A stretch of DNA of 63,544 bases, counting the filler, from Collodictyon triciliatum (taxonomy: Eukaryota): assembly GCA_043381765.1 (NCBI GenBank). It is 11 parts of 11 records of this genome, joined end to end, with 100 filler letters (N's around TTAATTAATTAA, not from the genome) between each part and the next. Parts side by side here need not be neighbours in the genome. Positions count along the whole stretch, not along the records: positions 40,774 to 46,934 come from JBHJMP010004669.1; positions 47,035 to 53,193 come from JBHJMP010004670.1; positions 53,294 to 59,444 come from JBHJMP010004671.1; positions 59,545 to 63,544 come from JBHJMP010004673.1; 7 more parts are not named here. One strand, given 5' to 3'. Position numbers and translations under genes: made by a program. Shown in pieces: positions 44,101 through 59,754 of this stretch. The first letter of the stretch is position 1, and every line of letters starts with the position of its first letter. The notes under the pieces are model-generated. The model saw nothing but the letters and a program-made list of their open reading frames with translations. It searched no databases and had not been told where the DNA came from.

Positions 44101-46934
44101 TTTTATATAAAGCACCTAGCTCTGGAACAGGCGATAATACAGATTTTGACTCTGTCACCGTTACTGTAACAGACAATTTGTCACCATTGATTTCAAAGAA
44201 TATATCACTTGATGTTTTATTTGAAGCTTACCCACCATCAGTGTCCTCTAACCCAAGTCTTCCAACTGTTCATGAAAGAGAATCATTGATTATTACGATT
44301 GAAGGCAAGCCCAACGACGCCAATCCACTTGATGTACGAATTGAAATAACTGCAGTGCCTAAGAAAGGAAAACTTTACTATCCCCCTCTAGAATCAGAGA
44401 CAAATCTAATACAGGGACCTAAAAATTTTAAGCCATACGCTCCATCTGTCCAAGAAACATTCCTTTATGTTCATATAGCATCGGATATGAGTATATCTGA
44501 GGGGAATCAAACAGATTCATTCCAAGTGGTGGTTAGGAACAAAGAAAAAGCAACAACATTTCCTGTCAACATCGCCATCGTGGATAAAAACTTTCCTCCA
44601 TCAATTTCAGCACAGACATCTATATCCATTCCAGACTCCCAAGCAGAGAGAGATGTAACGTTTGTGCTGAACGGAGCTGACCCGGATGGCGACCCGATTG
44701 ATGCGTACATACTGGGCCACACAGACTCACGAATCAAGTTACACCAAGGTGGAGTCACTATCGACATCAACAAGCCGCTCACGAAGACAAGTGACGGACT
44801 ATGGAAGTTCCAAGTAGCTGTACCTGCACTTTACGTCGGCCAAGTAGACCAAATCAAGGTGTGCACACAAGATACAAAGGGACTGAGGTCGAGCGAGCTG
44901 GAGCTTACCGTTAGCACCACGTACTTCAACTTCGCGCCTGTGGCAGTCACAACGAGCATCCCTGAGTTCGATGAAGACAAGTCAATCACGTTTGTGATTG
45001 GAGGAGAAGACGACAACAAGGATGACTTACTGAGTGCATATATCAGTGGGATTCCAAGTGTCGGTACTCTGACCGACTCAAACGGGACCGCCATCACATC
45101 AAGCAGTATCGCAATCTACGGAGGGGCGAATAGACAGTGGACACTGACATATACACCACCGCTGTACACGTTTGGCAACCCTCTCACATCGATTCGGTAC
45201 TACGTAAAGGACGGAGAGTTACAATCAACGGAGCAGACCCTCAACGTAGTTGTGAACCACATCAACCATCCACCAATTCCTGTCCTGAACTCAGCTATCT
45301 CTGTCTTTGAGGTTCCTCACACCGAAGATGATATAGCATATTTCCCAGTTCCTAACTCTGTTGTGAGATTGGATGCCACTGATGTTGACCGAATGGATGT
45401 TCTGACAGCAACGATAACATCTCTGCCCGATGTATCGTACGGGTATATAATGGTCGATGAAAATGCCATTACCCAAGTTGGAGCTGTGGTAGCCGTAGGT
45501 TCTATTGTAACATTTATACCGACTGACTATGTTAGTGGTAACATTGGTAGCTTCAGTTATTATATAAGCGATAACAGTGCCAAAACAGACACGCTCACTG
45601 TTGCAATAAGCATCATACACATAAATCATGAACCAGAGGTATTTGCCAAACTTATACATAAGTTTCATTTGTTGAAATATGAAATAATAGAGATAAATTT
45701 CAGTTTAATAAAATAATCACTATCATATTAGGTACTAATTACTGATGAGTTATTTACCGTCAATGAAAACTCTACTATCACCGTGACGCTATCTCAGACA
45801 GGGAGATTTTATGACGTTGATGGGGATGACCTTACAATAGTCGTGAAGACCCTGCCTTCCCGTGGCAAAATCAGCACTATCACAAAGTCAGGCTCAAAGA
45901 TTAACTCAGCTTGGATGTTCAGCTATACACCAGACTTTAGTGTATATTCTGTATCGTACGGTCCGCTCTATGATAAGATAGAATTCGCCCTCGGAGACGG
46001 GCAAAAATCTTCATCTGGTTCACTTACAGTAAATTTCGATGTAATCAAAGTTAATTTCCCACCGAATGCCAGAGATTTCACGGTTTACGGTAGCGCTGTG
46101 GATTCTGTGACTATAGATTTCACTTCTCGTATATCAGACATCCATGGAGAATCTTTAGATGTGGTTATCAAGAGCCTCCCATTAACGGGTACTCTGAAGT
46201 CAAATGGAAACACCATCAACTCATCTCAAATCCCCTATCTGATTGAGAATAAATTCATCTCAAACTTGCAATACCTGTCACCCGAGTCGTCTCAAATAGA
46301 TGCAGAATTTGAATACGCTTCATTTAACGGATTCCTAGAATCTGGAGTCCATATAGTACAAGTCAAGATTACAGGCTTCTTGAATCATCCGCCAATTGCA
46401 TCGATTAATCCAGATAAATACACAACACCTAAAGTATGTCTATTTCTATATTCTCTACTCTTATAAACATCATTCATATACCCATTTCCATTCAACCTAA
46501 AAGTCTATGGTATTCGTATGATTCTATTTTTTTTTTAAAAGGAAGTGTTTTCATGGAAGTCTAATATGTCTTTTTTTTTTTTAAATAAAAAAGCATTCTG
46601 TATTTCCATTTTCATGCAAATATGATGAAATTTAAACGCTGAGTGGTATATTTTTACCTCGACACCCTATGACACGCATTTAACAATTTGATGCTATTAG
46701 GACAAAAAGATTACGATCAGAATTGGTGGCATGGACGAGGACGGTGATATATTGACTGCTTACATAGTAACACTTCCAATAAGGGGCACTTTGAGGCAAA
46801 CAACAAATGGGGTTTCAGCGGGCAGGGTGATTAGAGTTGGAGACAAGATTGACCTGACTGATGCCTGGCGAGTGATTTATGTGCCTGACGCCCTGAAAGG
46901 AGAAGGGTCGTTTACCTTTTCGTATTTTTTGGAT
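41190..46934 (+). CDS. Giant secreted/surface protein: signal peptide, DUF4114-like domain, more than 15 tandem Ig/cadherin-like (Big_9/tandem-95 type) modules; 3'-partial
   Basis: Hydrophobic N-terminus ...AELARG|Q; VGFFLIENG...HVGVF...VGFENMYNVGNSDYNDFVFFV; about 100-aa repeats NxPPxA...LxGxDxD...ITSLPxxGTL...YTP...FTF. GT-AG introns after 45638 and 46433. The true start codon was not resolved. Confidence 0.82.
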
Positions 46935-47034
46935 NNNNNNNNNNNNNNNNNNNNNNNNNNNNNNNNNNNNNNNNNNNNTTAATTAATTAANNNNNNNNNN
47001 NNNNNNNNNNNNNNNNNNNNNNNNNNNNNNNNNN

Positions 47035-50000
47035 AAACTTGCACGTTCCTTCTGGACAAAGAATTGCTATTGTTGGAAGTACAGGAAGTGGAAAGAGTAG
47101 TATTGTAAGAAATAATGTCATTAAATTACCAAATTTTTTTTAAAAAATCACATACTATTTTGTAAACGATTATTTATTAAGTATATAGACAGATGAGTGT
47201 TTTCAGTATAATTTATATTTTATGATAACATGTTTGATTTCAACTAAAAAGGTGGCGCTACTGGAGCGATTTTATGACCCTGAGTGTGGAACAATAGCTA
47301 TTGATGGAATTAACATCAAGGATTATAATTTGCAATGGCTAAGAAGACATATTGGACTGGTCAGCCAGGTAGAAAAGCAAATTCAAAGATCTTGAAATGT
47401 TCAGGGCACATTATAATATCCTCGATTATCATTTTTTGAATATATAATTCCTTTTCTAGTAGACGATATAGTTAAAGAGGGTTGATAAATTTATAGGAGC
47501 CCATACTATTTGTTGGGTCAATCAAGGAAAACATTTTGAATGGGAGGACTGGTGCAACAGACGTAAATGTTATCAAGATATAATACAATTTTTTCGTGAT
47601 AAAAATTAAAAAAGATTAATTAAAGGAGGAAATATTCACTGCTGCAAAGATTGCGAATGTACACGATTTTATCTTACAACTTCCTAATGAGTAAGTTGAA
47701 AAATTGAAAATTCAGAAGGAATCAAATGAAATTGATTTAATGATATCAAAAATAAGGTACGACACTCAAGTTGGAGAGAGAGGTGTTCAACTCTCTGGAG
47801 GACAGAAGCAGAGGATAGCGATAGCAAGGGCTATACTCAAGAATCCTCCAATTCTGTTGTTAGATGAGGCTACTAGTGCATTAGATACAGAAAGGGAAAT
47901 TATGGTAAAATTTGATATAAATAATCGTAATTTAGGAGCATGGAAACAAGATGAATATAACCATTTTGCACATTGCAACTTATATTTTTCATATATGATC
48001 AAATATAAGAGACACATATTTGGATCTATCAATATATTATTACATAAAATTTCTTTAAATTTTTTAGGTCAAAGAAGCTCTTGAAAGTGCCATGGAAAAT
48101 AGAACAACTATCATCATAGCACACCGACTAAGTACTATACGAGACTGCAGTAAAATAATTGTATTGAGTAAAGGATCCATAATCGAGTCTGGTAGACACG
48201 AGGACTTAATGGCTATGAAGGGAAATTATTATAATCTTGTTCTTCGGCAATCCAAAAATTCAAGTGTGGCCCACTCCAGAGATAGCACAGCTTTTGTAAG
48301 AGAGTCGAAATTGTGAATTTTAATTAATGCATAAATTTAATAAAATTGTATATATGCAGGTAATAACTAGAAAAGGCACATTAAAGCAATCATTTAGAAA
48401 AATAGGAGCAGATAATGAAGAAGGAGAAGTATGATAATTTCATCGTGATTTGAAGTCAATTAGGTTTCTTAATTATCTCTCATATAATGTTATTTTGATT
48501 TAAAATTACAACTAGAGTGACGTTGATTCTGAAAGGGATTCACTCTCTGTGCCTGTAAAAAGGATACTGAATTTGATAAGAAAAGACCTAGGATGGGCAA
48601 TATTTGGTCTGTTGAATGCAGGTATGAACGGTTGTATCACGCCTATATATGCTTTGACATTCACCCAGATGGTCAATGCCTTCTACGAAACTACAGACAG
48701 CAAAATACGGTTTGAAAATTATATTTTACATTTTAATTATTACAAATTAAAAATATTTCTGGATAATATGTGAAAAAAATTAACAATTATAACACAGTGA
48801 TGAAGCTAGGACGTGGGCTATTGTGTTCCTCGGTATTGGGACTGCGTCACTTTTTTTTGAATCTTTCCGTGCCACTTCATTCGGGATAGTAACTGAGCGT
48901 TTGAACAGAAAATTGAGACGCATGTGTTTTGCTTCCATTATCAATCAAGATATCGGGTTTGTTTGGGCGTATTCATGATATTTATATATTTACTATTTTA
49001 GCACATTTTTATGAATTTTTGTTCTTGTTGTGAGTCCAAACTTATCATCTTGACAAAATTTATTAGATACTTCGACATGCCGGCTCACAGTACCGGAAAA
49101 CTTGCCACAAAATTAGCTTCTGATACTACTCTTGTCTCCGGAAACATAATGAGGTAAATGATATTATTTTTTAAAGTATCAAAACCTATATAGTAAATTT
49201 ATTTAATTGAAGAGTATCTTGTTTGAATAGTATATTAATTAATTTCAAATTTAGGGCACAAATATCAATACAAAGTGTGGTTACTATCGCAACAAGTTTA
49301 ACAATTGCTTTTTATTCTGGGTGGAAGCTTACCTTGGTAATTATATCAATTTCTCCTGTCATCGTGCTTACTGGATATCTTCAGATGTCTTTTGTGAGCG
49401 GATTTGCAAAAGAGGCAAGCAAAGCATTCGAGAATGCTGGTGAAATAGTCAGTCAAGTAAAAAAACAACATATTTCATTATTTAAAGCTCTGCTTTTAGA
49501 AAATTTTTTTAATATAAATTATGATACAGACGTACGATTTTCAAATTTAATAGTATATTGCATAGTCAATATCAGGAATCAGAACGGTGGCCTCATTCAA
49601 TTTGGAAGAGCGCTTGTTTCAGGAATATAAAGTGACCAAAATCATGTTTTCTCTTATTTACTATTCAAGGTGATGTGCACTTTATTGAATCTGAAATGAT
49701 CTTCACTCGATTAGAGACGACTTGAGGGCCCTTTGCGTTCTGGAATCAAAAAGTCTCACTATAGTGGAATGGGATACGGAGTTTCTCTGGGATTTTTATT
49801 TTTCTCTTACTCACTCTCCTTTTGGTTAGTCATTTTTGTTGAATGCTTTAAACTGAAAGTTGTTCTCATATAAAATTTTATCAATAAATAACACTTGGGC
49901 GTCTATTATTTCCAAGGTACGGGTCAATACTAATCGATAAAGGCGAAATGGAATTTGTGGACGTCATGAGAGTTATGTTTGCGATTATATTTTCCACAAA

Positions 50001-51609
50001 GATGATTGGTCAGGTATACTTTCCTTAAAAAGTACCCTGATAATATTACTTGTGAAATAATATTATGTTTACCTTTACAGTTTTAATTAGGTTATTCGCT
50101 AAGTTGCTTTAATAAATTTCAATCGATTACCAGTTGTCTTCCACTTACCCAGACATTGCGAAAACGAAAGTCGCCACTCATGAAATATTCAAGATTATTG
50201 ACACGAAATCCAGCATCGAATCCATATCTTCTGAAGGCATGTGTCCTGAAAGAGTAGTGGGTAATGTTAACTTTAATAATGTCAGCTTTTCATATCCTTC
50301 TCGACCTGAAGCTCTTGTTTTCAACGGTGTCAGCATTTCGGTATGTTTAGAATTTTTATTTTTTTATTTATTATTTTTAATTGAACATAATTTTATATCA
50401 AATATTGAAAGAAAGAATAGAAAATTGATTGAATATTATTTAAATCGGATAAAGTAAAAATCATCTAAAATATTTTCTGATCTTAACTATTCCAATAGAT
50501 TCCGGCTGGGATGACTGTCGCTCTTGTGGGCAGTAGTGGGAGTGGAAAGAGCAGCGTGGTGTGATATATTGATAACTTTTCATATTTTTCAGATCAAATA
50601 TCTATGTTTAATCACTATGATTCAAAAATAAATTAATGAAAGCCACATTTAATATTAAATACTAATATAGAATATTCACTGTTTCTTTTCACAAGATTTC
50701 TCTTTTGGAAAGGTTCTATCAACCTCAGGAAGGCTCCATAACTATTGACGGAGTAGATATAAAAAATATCAACACTGAATGGCTTCGTAGGCAAATGGGT
50801 CTTGTTAGTCAAGAACCAATCCTATTTGGTTGCAGTATAAAGGAAAATATTGCATATGGAGTTACATCTGCAACAGACGCTCAAATTGAGGTCAGTGATA
50901 TAATATTATTAGGCTAATTTGAATCAAATAAAGGAAAAAATTATAAGGCTCATTGAGATTATTAAATTATCTATATATCTAATCCTCAATCGGAAATAAT
51001 GAATCAATAATAAAGGAAGCAGCTCGAATTGCGAACGCCTACGAATTTATATCACAACTACCCAATAAGTAATTATACCAGTAATCAGATTTATTTCAAA
51101 GCATGATATTTACATGCATATAAAAAGATCTAATTATTAAATTGATAAGGTTTGATACCTATGTTGGGGAGAGAGGGACTCAACTATCTGGTGGACAGAA
51201 GCAAAGAATAGCAATAGCACGTGCTGTACTCAAGAATCCTCCCATTATTCTCTTGGATGAGGCTACTAGCGCGTTGGACACGGAAAGCGAAGCTCTAGTC
51301 TGTCTCTTATACCTTTATTGTTTTTCTAACAATTATCAAAATAAAATTATTCATAATAAGCATTTGAATGTATAAATTCATGCTTAATACTCATATTTGG
51401 AGTATTTATAGGTACAAGAAGCCCTTGAAAATGCTATGCAAAACCGAACAACAATTATCATCGCACATCGCCTGTCCACTATCCGTAATGCAGATAAGAT
51501 AATTGTGCTTCGTCACGGCCGCGTGATTGAAGAAGGAAATCATGAGGAGCTTTTGGAGCAAGGAGGATACTACCACCAACTAGTTCAACGACAGATGAAT
51601 ACAAACTAA
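47035..51609 (+). CDS. ABCB/MDR (P-glycoprotein-type) full transporter, NBD1-TMD2-NBD2, about 20 exons, 5'-partial
   Basis: Walker A GSTGSGKS and [29 protein letters not shown] twice, [19 protein letters not shown]. Confidence 0.95.
50905..50954 (+). mobile_element. Older family A micro-insertion in an ABCB intron
   Basis: ATTATTAGGCTAATT and ATTATAAGGCTCATT flank TGAATCAAATAAAGG-A5. Confidence 0.7.
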
Positions 51610-51748
51610 GTCGTACAAAAAAGTTCTGACGATGACCTGAAAAACTTCCAGAATGCTGAAATAAACTTTTGATATGAATGTCACGTTTGATTTTTTAATT
51701 TGTGATTCAATAAAAAAGAAATAAAAGAAGTAAAGTTTTTGGTAGGTA

Positions 51749-52250
51749 TTTCTTTATTCGATTCAAAGTACAACAAGGTTATGCCATACAGGGGCGAGAT
51801 AGGTGCGCATGGCAGAGAGCAAACGCGAGTAGGAGAAGACAAGCTTTTGTGAAGAAATTACCACTGGAAAGAAATCAGTGATAGCGATTTGGTCAGGTGG
51901 GCGACCCAATTGGTTGATTGGTTGCGTGGGCAGCAGGGGTTGGATGTGCTGTGGGAGATAACGCACGACACATTCCCACGTCTCTCTTCGCTTGCGGTCA
52001 AAGTAGCAGAGAATGCGGGCGTGTTTCAGCGGGGTTTTCAGGAAGCTCTATTGCACGATGCTTTCAAGCCTGGATATATTTTTGTAGCGTCCATGCAAAC
52101 GATGGCTAGCGAACCAAAGCCAACATCTCCACCATCCTGCACAAAATTGAAAGGAAGAATAATAAAAAAAGCCTGGATACATTGATTTCTCGTTCGGGTG
52201 AGTCATTAGAGCGAGAGAATACACGCACACTCCATAAGGACCATAAGATA
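51749..52250 (-). mobile_element. Diverged family A LINE 3' region, interrupted by a family B insert
   Basis: Reverse complement aligns to about 3910-4305 (RYLPQHIQPLLPTQPINQLGRPPDQIAITDFFP); homology resumes at 52169 after the insert. Confidence 0.9.
52066..52183 (+). mobile_element. Longest family B copy (88 nt) nested in family A, with 15-bp TSD
   Basis: AAGCCTGGATATATT (52066-52080) and AAGCCTGGATACATT (52169-52183) duplicate family A sequence; the insert ends GAAAGGAAGAATAAT-An. Confidence 0.9.
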
Positions 52251-52559
52251 AGCCGATTTGCATAATTGAACTGTGGTCGAGACAGTAGAAAACCTTGGAT
52301 TGAGTGGTGGAGTTTTTGTACTTTGGGTGACGAAAAAGAAGGAAAAACGAGATAGAAAGGAGAGAAAGTTGTTTGTATGAAACCACATATGTTGTATTGC
52401 TGATGCTCTTAAGTATGGTGTAATCGAAATTAAAACAAAATATATCACCATATATAATTAATAGAAATATATGTAAGCCTGAAAAAGGGATATATGAGTG
52501 TTATGTTCAAATTTTAAATGATGCAAAAAATATTACTGATGACACATTATTCATTGATT

Positions 52560-53193
52560 CTACAGCCTTATTTTTCCAACACCCAAGAGATGAAAGTTGC
52601 CCCACACCGATACTTTCGACTTGATGTCCTCAACCAGGCTTGTCCATTTGTTATCTAATTGTGAATCGAGGATGATGCCAAGATACTTGAGTGGATATGA
52701 TGGTGGCTTCCACATAATGTTCCCTGGAAACATAAGTCCATCCTGAAACCCAAAAAGAATTCCATCTGTCTTGTCATATTTGATTTTCCTGCCGACAGCT
52801 CGTGTATATTCTTGCATGCATTTGTTGGCGAGTGTGGCGCCTTCGGGAGACTGCAAGATGAATGCTGTGTCGTCTGCGTATTGAAGTAGCAGTTGGTTGC
52901 GAACCTTGTTTTCGTTTCGGAAGTGGTTTGCAAGGCAGTCAGGGACGAAGTTGAAGGGCAGTGGTGCAAGTGGGCAGCCTTGATACACCCTGCTCTGTCT
53001 TTGAATTGCATCCGTAGGTCCGTGTGCCGTGGGTACCCTTGCTGTTGCATTGTCGTGCAGTTTCTTGATAAGACCGGTGAATCCAGTACAGAAGCCTCTT
53101 TTGTGTAGGATGGTTTCCAGTGCTTCGTGGTTCACATAGTCGTATGCTTTCTCCAGGTCGTAGAAAATCATAGCGCGGGGTGTCCCGCTTACT
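52560..53193 (-). mobile_element. Non-LTR retrotransposon reverse transcriptase fragment (L1-clade-like), degenerate
   Basis: DLEKAYDYVNH, QGCPLAP, QYADDT, KYLGI; Pro/Arg substitutions at normally conserved positions and a premature end. Confidence 0.9.
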
Positions 53194-53293
53194 NNNNNNN
53201 NNNNNNNNNNNNNNNNNNNNNNNNNNNNNNNNNNNNNTTAATTAATTAANNNNNNNNNNNNNNNNNNNNNNNNNNNNNNNNNNNNNNNNNNNN

Positions 53294-53347
<54 letters not shown>

Positions 53348-53581
53348 AAGTAATCTCAATAAAAAAATAAAAAAAAAAAACTCCGAGGAAGAGGTTCGAC
53401 TCTTTTCATAAAATCTCTCTTTATCATGTATCGGGTTCTACTAATTTTGTAATTAATTTATTTCACTTTACTTTTTGCACCAAGAGATAAGATTAAGGTA
53501 TAGATATAGTAGAGCGCAGTAATGAAAGAAGTGAAAGGGGCAAATGAAATGACACTAAGAAATGTATGTGCCCATGTAGAA

Positions 53582-53808
53582 TCCACCGCGTAGGCGAAGG
53601 ACAAGGTTAAAGGTCGACTCCTTTTGAATGTTGTATTCAGAGATTGTGCGACCCTCTGCAGTCGCTTCCCGACGAAAATCAGGCGCTGTTGCTTTGGAGG
53701 GATTCCCTCTTTGTCTTGTATCTTGGCCTTGACGTTCTCAATGTTGTCCGAATGTTCCACTTCAGGTACGATGCTTCTGCCTGTGAGTGTCTTGACAAAT
53801 ATCTGCAT
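53582..53808 (-). pseudogene. Ubiquitin pseudogene with a 1-nt deletion frameshift
   Basis: [51 protein letters not shown], then shifted frame [24 protein letters not shown]; span is 227 nt instead of 228. Confidence 0.85.
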
Positions 53809-54746
53809 GGTGTCTTGTTTGCTGGTGTCTTGTTCTAAGTCGCCTGCTGGCCTTATTCGTCTACTAAAAAAAAAACACTTCTAGAACTACAGGCCAACGC
53901 AATTGCATATACACGCCAGAGCTTTGTGTTTGCTAACCCAGAATGCCAATTCAGAAACCCCTGTTTTCGGTGAACTGCATCAGAACGAAGTGACACAATT
54001 AAAAACCCTGTGTCATAAAAACGACACATTGTCGGTATTGCCCTGTATGAACAAACATTGACACGCAATTCTATCTTAAATTATGCAGCTTACACAGCTA
54101 TCGACCTCCTGTCGGAAAAAATCTAGCTTAAATCATATTTTACATATATAGATATATAACCCGTGGCCTTAATCCACCCCGGATTGTCCCTTTTTATAAC
54201 CAAAATCAAGGCTTTGAAGGAAAATTAGGTCCATCATCGAATCCGTAAGTGGACTAAATAAATAAAAACAAAGAAAAAAAAAGAAGAGAAACTGACATAA
54301 TAACGCATTATGGGTGATGCGAGGAGTAATTATACGAAAAATCGTGAAACTTAAGATACTTTGATATCGACTGCACCGGGGCGCTTATCAGATAGAATAT
54401 ATAAGCATACTTGCAAACACCTATGGTTTTTATTTACGCATCTGTATCATAGAGGAGCGAGAAAGTAATCAACGCGTAATTATTTCAACTGTTTATCATG
54501 AAAAATAATGATACTGCATCATACTAGACTTGCAGTCGGTACTACTTACATTATCACATTTATGAAGTTGCGTTACTCGGTAAGAAGGTAGTTAAAAGAA
54601 GTCTTTGGCAGGGCTTAAGGGAGAATAAAAAAAAAAATAAAGGCAAGAAATCAAAATACGGTGACACCATTCATACTTGCGCACACATGCACACGATGAA
54701 TAAGTCAGCTAACGAAGCAGAACTCTTGCGAAGCGAAAACAGATTT

Positions 54747-59239
<4,493 letters not shown>

Positions 59240-59315
59240 CTGTTTTAGACAGAAAAATTGTTGTTAAACTGACCTGGCCCTTAAGAAAAAAATGAAGGAA
59301 AAATACGAGACTTTG

Positions 59316-59444
59316 CCATCTTGCACAAAAATAAAAGGAAAAGGAAAAAGAAAAAGGAAAAGGAAAAGGAAAAGGAAAAGGAAAAGGAAAAGGAAAAGGA
59401 AAAGGAAAAGGAAAAGGAAAAGGAAAAGGAAAAGGAAAAGGAAA
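59316..59444 (+). repeat. (GGAAAA)n array beginning at a probable family B 3' tip
   Basis: CCATCTTGCACAAAAATAAAAGGAA resembles family B CCATCCTGCACAAAATTGAAAGGAA and runs directly into the array. Confidence 0.6.
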
Positions 59445-59754
59445 NNNNNNNNNNNNNNNNNNNNNNNNNNNNNNNNNNNNNNNNNNNNTTAATTAATTAA
59501 NNNNNNNNNNNNNNNNNNNNNNNNNNNNNNNNNNNNNNNNNNNNAAATAAAAACAAATAAAAACAAATAAAAACAAATAAAAACAAATAAAAACAAATAA
59601 AAACAAATAAAAACAAATAAAAACAAATAAAAACAAATAAAAACAATTAGGGGCAACGAAGTGAAGAACTAAGCAATCAAACAATCAGTTTTGATAAATA
59701 TAAAAAGAAAAATTATAAACATTCAATCCCATGTGCAATATTACATGCATCACC

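Noticed and set aside
50376-50440. Possible very old family B tip (TTGAAAGAAAGAATAG)
   Set aside because: Too AT-rich and diverged to distinguish from chance.
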